Below are positions 8,860 to 17,917 of a DNA stretch of 64,000 nucleotides, in pieces. A program made the position numbers and the translations under genes. Under the pieces are notes generated by a model. That model ran no database searches. It had not been told where the DNA came from and was given only the letters and a program-made list of their open reading frames with translations. Source of the DNA: Candidatus Heimdallarchaeum endolithica (GTDB lineage: Archaea > Asgardarchaeota > Heimdallarchaeia > Heimdallarchaeales > Heimdallarchaeaceae); contig CP084167.1 in assembly GCA_021513715.1 (NCBI GenBank), forward strand, positions 1,472,001-1,536,000, written 5' to 3'. How positions within the stretch are numbered: the first letter of the stretch is position 1; every line of letters starts with the position of its first letter.

Positions 8860-10641
8860 TTGCCAAGAAAGCAGAATAAAAATAAAAAAATTGATCATAT
8901 TTTGCAAAGTAGTGACAAACTATTGGATTTTATCACCTCTGAAATATTAAATGCAACAGAAAAAATTTATGCTTGTTTTCCTCCTGGAGAGAAATTTGGG
9001 AAACTTTTCGAATTTAAGCAAGAAACCTTTTTCTCCGCTTTTAAGAAAAACTTTCTGCCAATAAAAGAAACCTTAATGAAAGACATTAACAATTTTTCAA
9101 GAGAAAAAATTAACAAATTATTAATTGTAGGGAATCTATTTTTTGAGTTAAACGATTTGGATTCTGCATTAAAAATTTATAAAAAAATAGTAAAATTAGA
9201 TCCTACAAACATATATGCTTGGAGCAATTTACTAACGATTTATCTAGAAAAAGAAAAAACACAAAAGGCTCTTGAATGTTATATCCATATTCCACCTAGT
9301 TTTCTTCAGAATACTCTTTACGAAAAAATAAATAGAAAACTTGATGCTTATAGGATATTAAATATCTCATCTTTAGTTTCATACGAAGAAACGATTTTTT
9401 CAATTTCAAACACAGAAATTATGTCTGAGGGGCAGAAAGCAGAATATGAGAACAAATTAAGAGAACTCTACTCAGGCATAGAATTTGCAAAAGGTCAAGA
9501 AGCATTAGCAAATGGTGAAATAGATGAAGCACTGATTTACTTCACAGGGCTAACAGGAAAGTATCCTAAAAGTGACATTCTATTTTATATTTTAGGAAAA
9601 ACTGCACTTGATGGTAAACATTTTGTAATTTCAGAAGAGTACTTAAAAAAAGCAATAAAATTGGTAAACAATGTTCCTGAGTATTGGATAGCTTTATCAA
9701 GATGTTTTTTTGAGCAACACAAAAATGAACAAGCAGTTAAAGCTTTAAAAACAGCATTAACTCTTAATCCTTCAAATCCAGATGCGTGGGAACTAGCAGG
9801 CAAGATGATAAAAATTCTTGAAGCCTTAAACGAATATAATCATCTAATTGATAAGTTAAAAACTATTTCCATGAACAATGCATATTCCTTATTTGCAAAT
9901 GGACTTATAACAGCTAAGAAATACGCTACAGCTCTGAAAATATTACAATATGGAACGGAAAAATTTCCTAATGATGTTGGTTTACTCGAAAAACTTGCTC
10001 TTGTTTATGAAAGAATGATGAAGTTTGATGAGGCTATTACTATTTACGAAAAACTTATTCGAGTAGGAAATAACAGTCAAAAATATCTGAGGAAAATAAC
10101 CTCTATACTTACAATCTTACATGATGATACACGATTAGTAAAGATTCTTAAAATGGTATCTGCTTATATCCCAATAAATGAACCTGCCTTGTGGGATAAG
10201 ATAGGAAACATTTTGCTTAAAGCAAAAGACTACTTTGGAGCTAGTGAAGCTTTTCGCAAAGTAATTTCATTTAATAAAAATGATCCCAAAGTCTTGTTTA
10301 ATTTAGCCTTAACTTATCAAGAGCTTGCGCTATATAAAAAAGCTGAAGAAACATATAATAAAGTAATAGAATTAAATCCGCAGGATCATGCAGCTTTAAA
10401 CAATTTAGGTAATGTTTTAAAAGAACAGAAAAAATATGACGAAGCAATAGAATGTTATAAAAGGGCTGTCCAGATCGAACCAAATAAAGCTATTTCATTT
10501 GCAAACTTAGGGATTCTTTATGAAGAATTAAGATTGAAGAATGAAGCCAAAGACTGTTATAGAAAAGCAAAAGAAATTGCATTAAAGAACAAAGACTATG
10601 ATTCAGCAGCAAAGTTTGAAGAATGGGAAAATTCAGTTTAA
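8860..10641 (+). CDS. Tetratricopeptide repeat protein
   Basis: Multiple canonical TPRs, e.g. AALNNLGNVLKEQKKYDEAIECYKRAVQIEP and VLFNLALTYQELALYKKAEETYNKVIELNP. Confidence 0.9.
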   Translation: MPRKQNKNKKIDHILQSSDKLLDFITSEILNATEKIYACFPPGEKFGKLFEFKQETFFSAFKKNFLPIKETLMKDINNFSREKINKLLIVGNLFFELNDLDSALKIYKKIVKLDPTNIYAWSNLLTIYLEKEKTQKALECYIHIPPSFLQNTLYEKINRKLDAYRILNISSLVSYEETIFSISNTEIMSEGQKAEYENKLRELYSGIEFAKGQEALANGEIDEALIYFTGLTGKYPKSDILFYILGKTALDGKHFVISEEYLKKAIKLVNNVPEYWIALSRCFFEQHKNEQAVKALKTALTLNPSNPDAWELAGKMIKILEALNEYNHLIDKLKTISMNNAYSLFANGLITAKKYATALKILQYGTEKFPNDVGLLEKLALVYERMMKFDEAITIYEKLIRVGNNSQKYLRKITSILTILHDDTRLVKILKMVSAYIPINEPALWDKIGNILLKAKDYFGASEAFRKVISFNKNDPKVLFNLALTYQELALYKKAEETYNKVIELNPQDHAALNNLGNVLKEQKKYDEAIECYKRAVQIEPNKAISFANLGILYEELRLKNEAKDCYRKAKEIALKNKDYDSAAKFEEWENSV

Positions 10642-10655
10642 TACTTTTGATAAAA

Positions 10656-11186
10656 ATGGAAAAGAAAAAAGAATGGGCAATAGCTCAAGAGAAAATTACC
10701 AAGTATATAGAAAAACTAGGTTTTGATGTTTGGAAAGAAAGAAGAATAAATAATAAACGTGTTGATATCCTCGCCAAAAAAGTTTCTGGTGATAAGATAA
10801 TTTATCTTGTGTTTGAGATTAAACACTATAACCGAGTACATGCATACAATGAACGAGAGTTTTTTTTGCAAATTCAAGATTATGTTAAAGAATTACTACT
10901 CCGTGAAGTAGCTCGTAAGTCTGCAAAAAAGGTTTTGAGAGATTATTTGATCATTGGCTATCTCGTGTTCACAAACGATTTTGGGATTTTCAAAAATAGA
11001 AAAAAAGATTGGAAAAAGGGTTCTTCTCCTCAAAACAATAAAATTATAAAAGAGATTTGGAAAAGGAAAGTTTCTTTTTTTTATTCCACCCCAGAATTTA
11101 TTAAGAAAAATTTAGAAAGTGTAGGAATAAGTCTGGATAAACAGTTGCTGTTAAACAAATTTTTTGATAGTAAAGAAAATAAATAA
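10656..11186 (+). CDS. PD-(D/E)XK restriction-endonuclease-like fold protein
   Basis: LGFDVWKE...RVDILAKK...LVFEIKH matches the E...D...ExK catalytic pattern. The ATG at 10656 avoids overlap with the TPR gene. Confidence 0.65.
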   Translation: MEKKKEWAIAQEKITKYIEKLGFDVWKERRINNKRVDILAKKVSGDKIIYLVFEIKHYNRVHAYNEREFFLQIQDYVKELLLREVARKSAKKVLRDYLIIGYLVFTNDFGIFKNRKKDWKKGSSPQNNKIIKEIWKRKVSFFYSTPEFIKKNLESVGISLDKQLLLNKFFDSKENK

Positions 11187-11222
11187 AAATAAAAGTAAGA
11201 AAAAAGACTGTTATCTTGAAAG

Positions 11223-12158
11223 ATGAGTAAACTTGAAGACAGTATTAGAGAACATTTAGTTGCAATTCATATATTAGATGAGGGCATTAATGTTCACTCA
11301 GAACAACTTCAGAGCATTAGCAATATTGATAATGTACTTTTATTTGGTTTTTTGACAGCATTATATAATTACACTTTTGCAATAGGTCAAGAAAAAATTT
11401 TAAACATTGATTTAGAGCAATATAAAATCATATTTCAAGAATTAAAAGATAATAAACTGTTAGTAGTCATCACTGATTCCCTAGTAGATAACAAGAATGA
11501 AAAGAATCTTGTTGAAAAAATTAAACTTCGATATGAAGTACTTACTTATGACAAAGATATAAGTGAAATCGATTCATTACTCACAGTTGAAGATGGAATA
11601 ATACCCTTAGAACTTATAGCTGAAATAAGAAGTAAAGGAACAATGCTTGCTAAACAAGAAGAATTAAATAAAAGAAACATGGAAATTCAAAAAGAAATAG
11701 ACATTCCAAAAATAAAAACTGAAAAATTCTTCTTTAATAATATTTTAGATGAAGGAATTATTGACACAGACAAAGAGGTAAAAATCAGAAAAACCATATC
11801 TAATTTCTTTTTAGGTTATAAAAATTTATTATTATGCATCTTTGCATATAATATTAAGGATAAATTTTGTATTTTCTCTTTTGGGAGAAGTTCTCAAGTT
11901 GAAAATCGTGTTGAGTTTATTAATTATATAATTAATGAAACTCTAACCAAAGTCTCAAATAAAGAGAGTAGTAATCTAAAACAGGTTGAGTATGAAGGAA
12001 AAAAATTTTGGGTTGATATGTTTCTTGATCAAGAAAAACATTTGAGTTATGTTTTTCTCTCAACATCTAAAAGTGAATTGGTAAGCTTAGAAGTTCATAT
12101 AAAAAGAATATCCACTTTCATTTATAGATTATTTCAAAAAGGAATGATAGATTCATAA
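11223..12158 (+). CDS. Longin-domain protein with a second C-terminal longin/roadblock-like domain
   Basis: N-terminal AIHILDEGINV...DNVLLFGFLTALYNYTFAIGQEKILNIDLEQYKIIF...LLVVIT matches the typical Asgard longin pattern. The C-terminal ~115 aa is an alpha/beta domain. Confidence 0.65.
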   Translation: MSKLEDSIREHLVAIHILDEGINVHSEQLQSISNIDNVLLFGFLTALYNYTFAIGQEKILNIDLEQYKIIFQELKDNKLLVVITDSLVDNKNEKNLVEKIKLRYEVLTYDKDISEIDSLLTVEDGIIPLELIAEIRSKGTMLAKQEELNKRNMEIQKEIDIPKIKTEKFFFNNILDEGIIDTDKEVKIRKTISNFFLGYKNLLLCIFAYNIKDKFCIFSFGRSSQVENRVEFINYIINETLTKVSNKESSNLKQVEYEGKKFWVDMFLDQEKHLSYVFLSTSKSELVSLEVHIKRISTFIYRLFQKGMIDS

Positions 12159-12268
12159 ACTAGATATTTAGCAAGATTATAATTTCAATTAGTCACACAA
12201 ATATCCACAAAGTTAAAAAAGAAAAAGATTGAAATAACAGTTATAGAATTAATGAATGAGGAATATTT

Positions 12269-12649
12269 ATGAGTATCTCTGGTCAAGAAATGGAAAAATT
12301 GCTACAAGAGTTTTCTGAGAATACAGAAGGAGTTTTAGGTTGTTCTATTATACTTGCAAAAGATGCCTTGATGTTAGCTGAAGCTTCTCAGAAATATGAT
12401 AGTATGGTAATTCAATGGTTAAGTGAACGTATCTTATCTATGGCAAAAGAATCACTTAAACAGCTAATGAACGATTACCATTTACAGAGTGTGACTATTG
12501 AAGAAGAGAATCACCTAATCTTTCTGAGACCAGTAGGAACAGAATATTATCTCGTCTTTATTCTAAACAAGGAAGAAAATAGAGGTTTAATCGAATACAA
12601 TATAAAAAGACTTCAAGAAAAACTCAGCAAAGCATTAGGATTGCAATAA
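12269..12649 (+). CDS. Roadblock/LC7 (MglB/LAMTOR-like) domain protein
   Basis: 126 aa: LLQEFSENTEGVLGCSIILAKDALMLAE...SVTIEEENHLIFLRPVGTEYYLVFIL...GLIEYNIKRL. Confidence 0.85.
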   Translation: MSISGQEMEKLLQEFSENTEGVLGCSIILAKDALMLAEASQKYDSMVIQWLSERILSMAKESLKQLMNDYHLQSVTIEEENHLIFLRPVGTEYYLVFILNKEENRGLIEYNIKRLQEKLSKALGLQ

Positions 12650-12669
12650 AAAAGTCTAAGAGGATTGTA

Positions 12670-13044
12670 ATGAATATCACAACACTTAAAATTCTTTCAA
12701 AAATAGCAAAGGATAAAAGGAATTTAAAATTTAGTTTTATTTCTCCTAAAACAAAAGAAATACTTTGTACAGCTGCAACATTAGAAGACCTATATAAGTG
12801 CATTTTAAACTTGGATCCAGAGATTATTAAAAACCATGTCACTTTAGATGAAGAATCTCCTGAAGAAACCAGAGATCTTGCTTTTTGGGTTCAATATATT
12901 CTTGCAGATTCAGACCTTTCCATGAAAATATACACTGTTGCTAAAAGATTTAAAGATGATGCTGAAAAACTAAAATTAGAATTAATAAATCTCTTATTCA
13001 CAAGACTGTTAAATATATCTGAAATTTCTTCTATTCCTGAGTAG
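12670..13044 (+). CDS. DUF5752-like protein
   Basis: FSF...AATLEDLYKCILNLDPEIIKNHV...RDLAFWVQYILADSDLS resembles the DUF5752 pattern. Confidence 0.55.
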   Translation: MNITTLKILSKIAKDKRNLKFSFISPKTKEILCTAATLEDLYKCILNLDPEIIKNHVTLDEESPEETRDLAFWVQYILADSDLSMKIYTVAKRFKDDAEKLKLELINLLFTRLLNISEISSIPE

Positions 13045-13110
13045 TTATTTTTCTTCAATCAATATATTTTTGAAACATTTAATTGACAGTTAGGTCAATA
13101 ACAAAAGAAG

Positions 13111-15246
13111 ATGGTGTTTGAAATTAGTGTTAAATGTCCAAAGTGTAAAGGAAAAGGAAAGATTCGTAAAGAGAAAACAACATGCCCAGCTTGTTACGGT
13201 GTAGGAAAAACTTCTTTTTCCCTAAGTGGTAAAGGTGTAGAGGGAGATATTTGTAAGAAATGCAACGGAACAGGAAAAATAACAATTTATGAGAAATGCC
13301 CAGTATGTGATGGAAAAAAAACAGTATTCATATGTAAAAATTGTAAAAATATAATGAAAACACCAAGTAAATCAGGATTATGCCCTGCTTGTGAATCACA
13401 AAAAAAACCTATAATCTATAAGTTACGTCCTCCTATAGACTCACAGCTTATTAGGAATGGTATGGTCTTTTTAGGGAGAGTAGATCAAATCAAGAATTTC
13501 GGAGTGTTTATTAAGCTAGCAGAAGATGTTAAAGTTTTAATAAGAAAAGAAGATATGAGCGACGAATATGCTTGGGATTTAGGAGAAGAAGTTCAAATTA
13601 AGATAAAAAACGTAAGTGATTCTGGTAAACTTTATGGTAAATCAGTAAACATAAAAGATTATTCTCTATTATCAATGAGAGGAAGGGTAAGAGATGTTCA
13701 AATAAAGGAAATCACTCATGAGAGAGTAGGAGCATTTTTATCATTTAAAGCTCAAGTTGTATCTATTTTGCAGACTTCAGGGCCAACTAGATTTACTTTT
13801 GCAGATGCAACAGGTTCAATTAATGGAGCAGCATTTATTAAAGCAGGAGAAAGAGCCTTCCCTGAAATCACAGAAGATATGGTTGTAGAGTGTTTTGGAG
13901 AAGTAACAGAATTTAAAGAGTCCTTACAGATTGAAATTCAAGATATTGAAGCTCTTGAAGAAAAAGAAACAAAAAAACTGTTGAATGAGATTGAAATTGC
14001 TTTAGATAAGAAAGCAACACCTGCAGAGTTGGACTTTACAGTCAAGTCAGAAATATTATCAAAGTTAAAACCAGACATTATTAAAGCAGCAAAAAGAATA
14101 AGAAAAGCAATTTTTACTGGACAACCAATTTATATTAGACACCATGCAGATGCAGATGGAGTTGTAGCTGGTTTTTCTGTACAACAAGCCCTAATACAAT
14201 TGATGGAAGAAGAAGGATATGATGCTGATACAATTAGAATCAGAATAAAAAGACTTCCTAATAAACCACCATTTTATGACCCTATTGATGTTGTTAAGGA
14301 TCTTGATTTTGCTTTAGCAGATAAAGAAAGGTTCGGAGATAAATTGCCATTAATCATTTGCTTAGATTTTGGCTCTTCTATGGAATCCATTCTTCCTTAT
14401 CTACAAATAAAAGCACTTGGATTAGAAATAATTGTTGTAGATCATCATTTTCCTGATGAAGAAATAAGAGAAATTGTTGATCTTCATATCAACCCTTATT
14501 TTGTAGGAGGAGGATATGAAATCTCAGGAGGAATGCTAGGCTATGAACTTGCTAGATTTATACATCCTACAGTTATTACTGATTCAATGAAACATTTACC
14601 TGCCATTGCAGGACTTATGGATAGAGTAGAAGGAAATGAGATCAAAGAATATATTAATTTAGCAAAAGAGAAGGGCTATTCAGAAGAAGACTTGAAAACG
14701 ATTGGTATAGCAGTAGATTATGAACTATACCAATTGAAATTCAGTGAAGGAACTAATTTGATGAAAATACTATTTGGAGTAGATACCAATAGTGAATGGC
14801 ATAAACAAATGTTCAAAATTTTGGGTGAAGAAGCAAAAAAGTTAATGGATAACACTCTAAAAAGTGTACTTCCACATGTTAAACAAAAAACCTTAGAAAA
14901 TAATGTCATATTAACACAAATTGATGTTGAGCTCTTTTCCCACAGATTTACATTTCCCAATCCTGGGAAAATTACTGGGATGGTTTTTGATCACTTTGTT
15001 GAAAAAAACGGAAACAAACCTGTAGTTACACTTGGTGAAGGACCTGATTTTCTCATTTTACGCTCCAAAGGACTAGCAATAAATTTTCCAGAAGTTGTAA
15101 AGTTAATGCAAGAGAAAATACCAGAAGCTGATGTTCAGGGGGGAGGACATGAAGTAGTTGGTTCATTAAAATTCTACGAAGGGACAAGAGACAAAGTACT
15201 TGACTTTTTTATTAAATACTTGGCCAAATCATCTCTTACTCTCTAA
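13111..15246 (+). CDS. Archaeal RecJ-like DHH exonuclease with DnaJ-type Zn finger and S1/OB domains (HAN / COG1107 type)
   Basis: Repeated CxxCxGxG motifs, an S1 domain (GRVDQIKNFGVFI) and an OB domain (QTSGPTRFTFAD), then RHHADADG, DHH and DHHA1 GGGH. Confidence 0.9.
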   Translation: MVFEISVKCPKCKGKGKIRKEKTTCPACYGVGKTSFSLSGKGVEGDICKKCNGTGKITIYEKCPVCDGKKTVFICKNCKNIMKTPSKSGLCPACESQKKPIIYKLRPPIDSQLIRNGMVFLGRVDQIKNFGVFIKLAEDVKVLIRKEDMSDEYAWDLGEEVQIKIKNVSDSGKLYGKSVNIKDYSLLSMRGRVRDVQIKEITHERVGAFLSFKAQVVSILQTSGPTRFTFADATGSINGAAFIKAGERAFPEITEDMVVECFGEVTEFKESLQIEIQDIEALEEKETKKLLNEIEIALDKKATPAELDFTVKSEILSKLKPDIIKAAKRIRKAIFTGQPIYIRHHADADGVVAGFSVQQALIQLMEEEGYDADTIRIRIKRLPNKPPFYDPIDVVKDLDFALADKERFGDKLPLIICLDFGSSMESILPYLQIKALGLEIIVVDHHFPDEEIREIVDLHINPYFVGGGYEISGGMLGYELARFIHPTVITDSMKHLPAIAGLMDRVEGNEIKEYINLAKEKGYSEEDLKTIGIAVDYELYQLKFSEGTNLMKILFGVDTNSEWHKQMFKILGEEAKKLMDNTLKSVLPHVKQKTLENNVILTQIDVELFSHRFTFPNPGKITGMVFDHFVEKNGNKPVVTLGEGPDFLILRSKGLAINFPEVVKLMQEKIPEADVQGGGHEVVGSLKFYEGTRDKVLDFFIKYLAKSSLTL

Positions 15247-15307
15247 TATTCTTTAATTTTCATTTTTATTTAGCAAGTTTTTTATTTAAGTAAAATAATT
15301 TCATATT

Positions 15308-16975
15308 ATGAGTTACGTAGAGAAAGCATTGTATCAGTACATAAAAGGAATATTTGTTGATGGATTTAAAGTCCTTTTTAGTAAAAAATATGTTGTTTAT
15401 ACGAGCATATTTTTAGCTTCAATAGTAAGTACAACAGTCTTATATACTCTCCAAGCATTCCAAGTAAACATTGGAATAGATCTAAGTAGTTTATCTTCAT
15501 TGTTTTTAAAGATTGAACTAGCCCTTGCTTTAACTTATTTCTTGAGTGGTTTAATTCTAGCAAGGTATCCAGTTTACTTCTGGATAATTCCAGTACTGAT
15601 TTTTACTGGTGGTCTAGTTGTAGTATTTTATTTTCTTCCAGACATTCTAAAAGTAATTCCTGACTTAAGCCCTTATTTTGCAGTTATCTTTTATTTGTCA
15701 TGGATTATATTGTCAGTCTTCCTTTCTTTTTCTCTGTCACGAAACTTTTTTGGGAATAAATATTTAGGAAGTGCTCTGTTTCTGGGAAAAAAGAAAAATG
15801 AAGGAGGAATTTTATTTTCAGGTATTATTTTTATTGTAGCTTTAGTTAATTTAGCAATATCTAGTTATTTGCTCTATATAAGCGTAATGAGCCTTTTTAC
15901 TTCAAACAAACAGATCTTTCTTTTCGTAGCTTCAATTGCATCAATAATATCAACAAGCATCATTTTTGCAATTATCTTTAAACTTGGTACATATGATGAT
16001 GTTTTCTATACGATTATTGCCTTCTATTATGTTTTTACTAGTTATATTCTTTGGAAACTAGCTTTCTACTATTTTACCTCATCAGAGGTTGGAGATATAA
16101 CAGTCTCAAATGTTGATGTCATAACAAGTGTATTTACTAGTTTGTTCTGGGCAATCTATTCAATGAGCAGCTATGGAAGAAAAATTAGACAAATAAAAGC
16201 TTTAGATGAAGAACTAGAGAAAACAGAAAAAATCATCAAAAAAGAAACTTTAGAGGAACAAAAAGAGTTTGAAAAAATTAAAAGTATGAAAATCCCTCAA
16301 ATAAAAATTAAAGAAGACGATTCATGGTTAGAAAAAAGAAAGAAGATTCAACAGATGAAAAAAGCAGAAAAAGAAAAATTGAAGGCATTAAAGAAGTTTA
16401 ATAAGCAAAGAGAAAAAAGAAAGAAATTTGCTCAAATGAGATTAGAAGAAGCCAGAAAAGAAACAGAAGAGCGTATTGCGAAATCTAAAGAGAAATGGTT
16501 TATTTTTAGAATACCTGATCTCTTAGGACCTGATGGTGTTTTGCTAACTATAATGGGAATGATTCTTGGATATCACGTTACTAACATCCAATTTCTAGCT
16601 CAAGAAGACTTGTTTAGTTCAATTTCTTATTTAAGTTCTGATAGATTGTTTGGTTTAAGAGATAAATTTGCCATTTTATCGATAATGCTTATTATTGTTC
16701 TATTTTTAATAAGTTATGAAACATCAGAAAAATTCAGAAATTATGCTTCACCTGAGTTATACAGACTAGAAATTTTACCTTCATTTGATGAACTTATGGA
16801 ACTTATAGAAAAAGTAAAATCTGGCGAAGTTTCATGGCAAGCAATAGCAAAAGACATGATTTTATCTGGAGCAAAAGCTGCACTAGGGGCAGCAGCCACA
16901 AAAGCTTTTGTTACACCTAGTAAAGCAATTGCTCGTAAGTTTAAAAAATTGATTTCAGGAGAAAAAGAAGAATAA
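15308..16975 (+). CDS. Polytopic membrane protein with a large charged coiled-coil insertion
   Basis: About 8 TM helices, then a ~105-aa K/E-rich helical stretch, two more TMs and a C-terminal helical tail. Confidence 0.7.
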   Translation: MSYVEKALYQYIKGIFVDGFKVLFSKKYVVYTSIFLASIVSTTVLYTLQAFQVNIGIDLSSLSSLFLKIELALALTYFLSGLILARYPVYFWIIPVLIFTGGLVVVFYFLPDILKVIPDLSPYFAVIFYLSWIILSVFLSFSLSRNFFGNKYLGSALFLGKKKNEGGILFSGIIFIVALVNLAISSYLLYISVMSLFTSNKQIFLFVASIASIISTSIIFAIIFKLGTYDDVFYTIIAFYYVFTSYILWKLAFYYFTSSEVGDITVSNVDVITSVFTSLFWAIYSMSSYGRKIRQIKALDEELEKTEKIIKKETLEEQKEFEKIKSMKIPQIKIKEDDSWLEKRKKIQQMKKAEKEKLKALKKFNKQREKRKKFAQMRLEEARKETEERIAKSKEKWFIFRIPDLLGPDGVLLTIMGMILGYHVTNIQFLAQEDLFSSISYLSSDRLFGLRDKFAILSIMLIIVLFLISYETSEKFRNYASPELYRLEILPSFDELMELIEKVKSGEVSWQAIAKDMILSGAKAALGAAATKAFVTPSKAIARKFKKLISGEKEE

Positions 16976-17000
16976 AAAAACAAATAATTTTTCCTTTTTT

Positions 17001-17864
17001 TTAAAGTGAGTGTACTAAATCAGATAGTGAGTTAGTGATAATATCAGGATAAAATGTTTTAGCTATTTTTTCTAAATCAGACAAACTTGATGCTCCTCCA
17101 AGAACAAAACAAGCATTAATACCAACGTTTTTTGCTCCTACAATGTCTGTTTCAAGTCTATCACCAAACATAATCGTTTCATTATTTTTAACAGAAGCTG
17201 ACTTCAAAGCTTCATTAAACATCAAAGGCTTTGGTTTTCCTATAATAGTATCTATTTTCCTATTTGATAATTTTTCAAGAATATCAATCATTGCTCCTCC
17301 TCCAGGAATAAAACCAAATGGAGTAGGAAAAGTGACATCAGCATTTGTTCCTATAAATCGCACTTGCTTATTTTTTAAAATATTCATTGCTCTGGCTAAT
17401 TTTACATAGGTCAATTTCCTATCCATACCTGTAATAACAATATCAACACTTCTCAATTCAAAATCAAATGGATCTTCAGAGTCTTTTTCTTCCCAATTAT
17501 TTAAAACTTCTAGATTAAATCTTTCTAATTCTTGTTTTAGTCCTTGTTCTCCTATAACATAAATTTTACTTCTAGGAAAAGTTTCTGAAACATATTTTGC
17601 TGTGAGATAAGCTGAAGTAAGAATTTGGTTAATGTTTACATTAATCCCAAAGTTCCTCAATTTTTCTACATATTCTTCACGAGTTTTTGTGCTGTTATTA
17701 GTTAGTACGAAAATTTTCTTTTTTTTCTCTTCTAAAATAGTCAGTAACTCCTTAGCTCCTGGAAGAATAGTGTTTTCTTTATATAACACTCCATCCCCAT
17801 CAAAAAAGAATGCTTCAAATTGTAATAATTTGTCACTAAAATCTGAGCTCATTTCTTTCCACAC
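17001..17864 (-). CDS. HAD-IIA family phosphatase (NagD / pNPPase-like)
   Basis: Motifs DGDGVLY, LTNNS, TNAD, GKPKP and GDRLETD. Confidence 0.92.
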   Translation of the reverse strand: MWKEMSSDFSDKLLQFEAFFFDGDGVLYKENTILPGAKELLTILEEKKKKIFVLTNNSTKTREEYVEKLRNFGINVNINQILTSAYLTAKYVSETFPRSKIYVIGEQGLKQELERFNLEVLNNWEEKDSEDPFDFELRSVDIVITGMDRKLTYVKLARAMNILKNKQVRFIGTNADVTFPTPFGFIPGGGAMIDILEKLSNRKIDTIIGKPKPLMFNEALKSASVKNNETIMFGDRLETDIVGAKNVGINACFVLGGASSLSDLEKIAKTFYPDIITNSLSDLVHSL

Positions 17865-17917
17865 TTATAAGAAAGGAAAACATTAGTTTTTTATACATTG
17901 TCTTTCTTTCTTTATAC

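Noticed and set aside
10623-11186. Restriction-modification or defence island around the PD-(D/E)XK gene
   Set aside because: No methyltransferase, integrase, transposase or compositional shift is visible nearby.
13111-13400. DnaJ chaperone call from CxxCxGxG repeats
   Set aside because: There is no J-domain HPD motif; the Zn finger belongs to the DHH nuclease.
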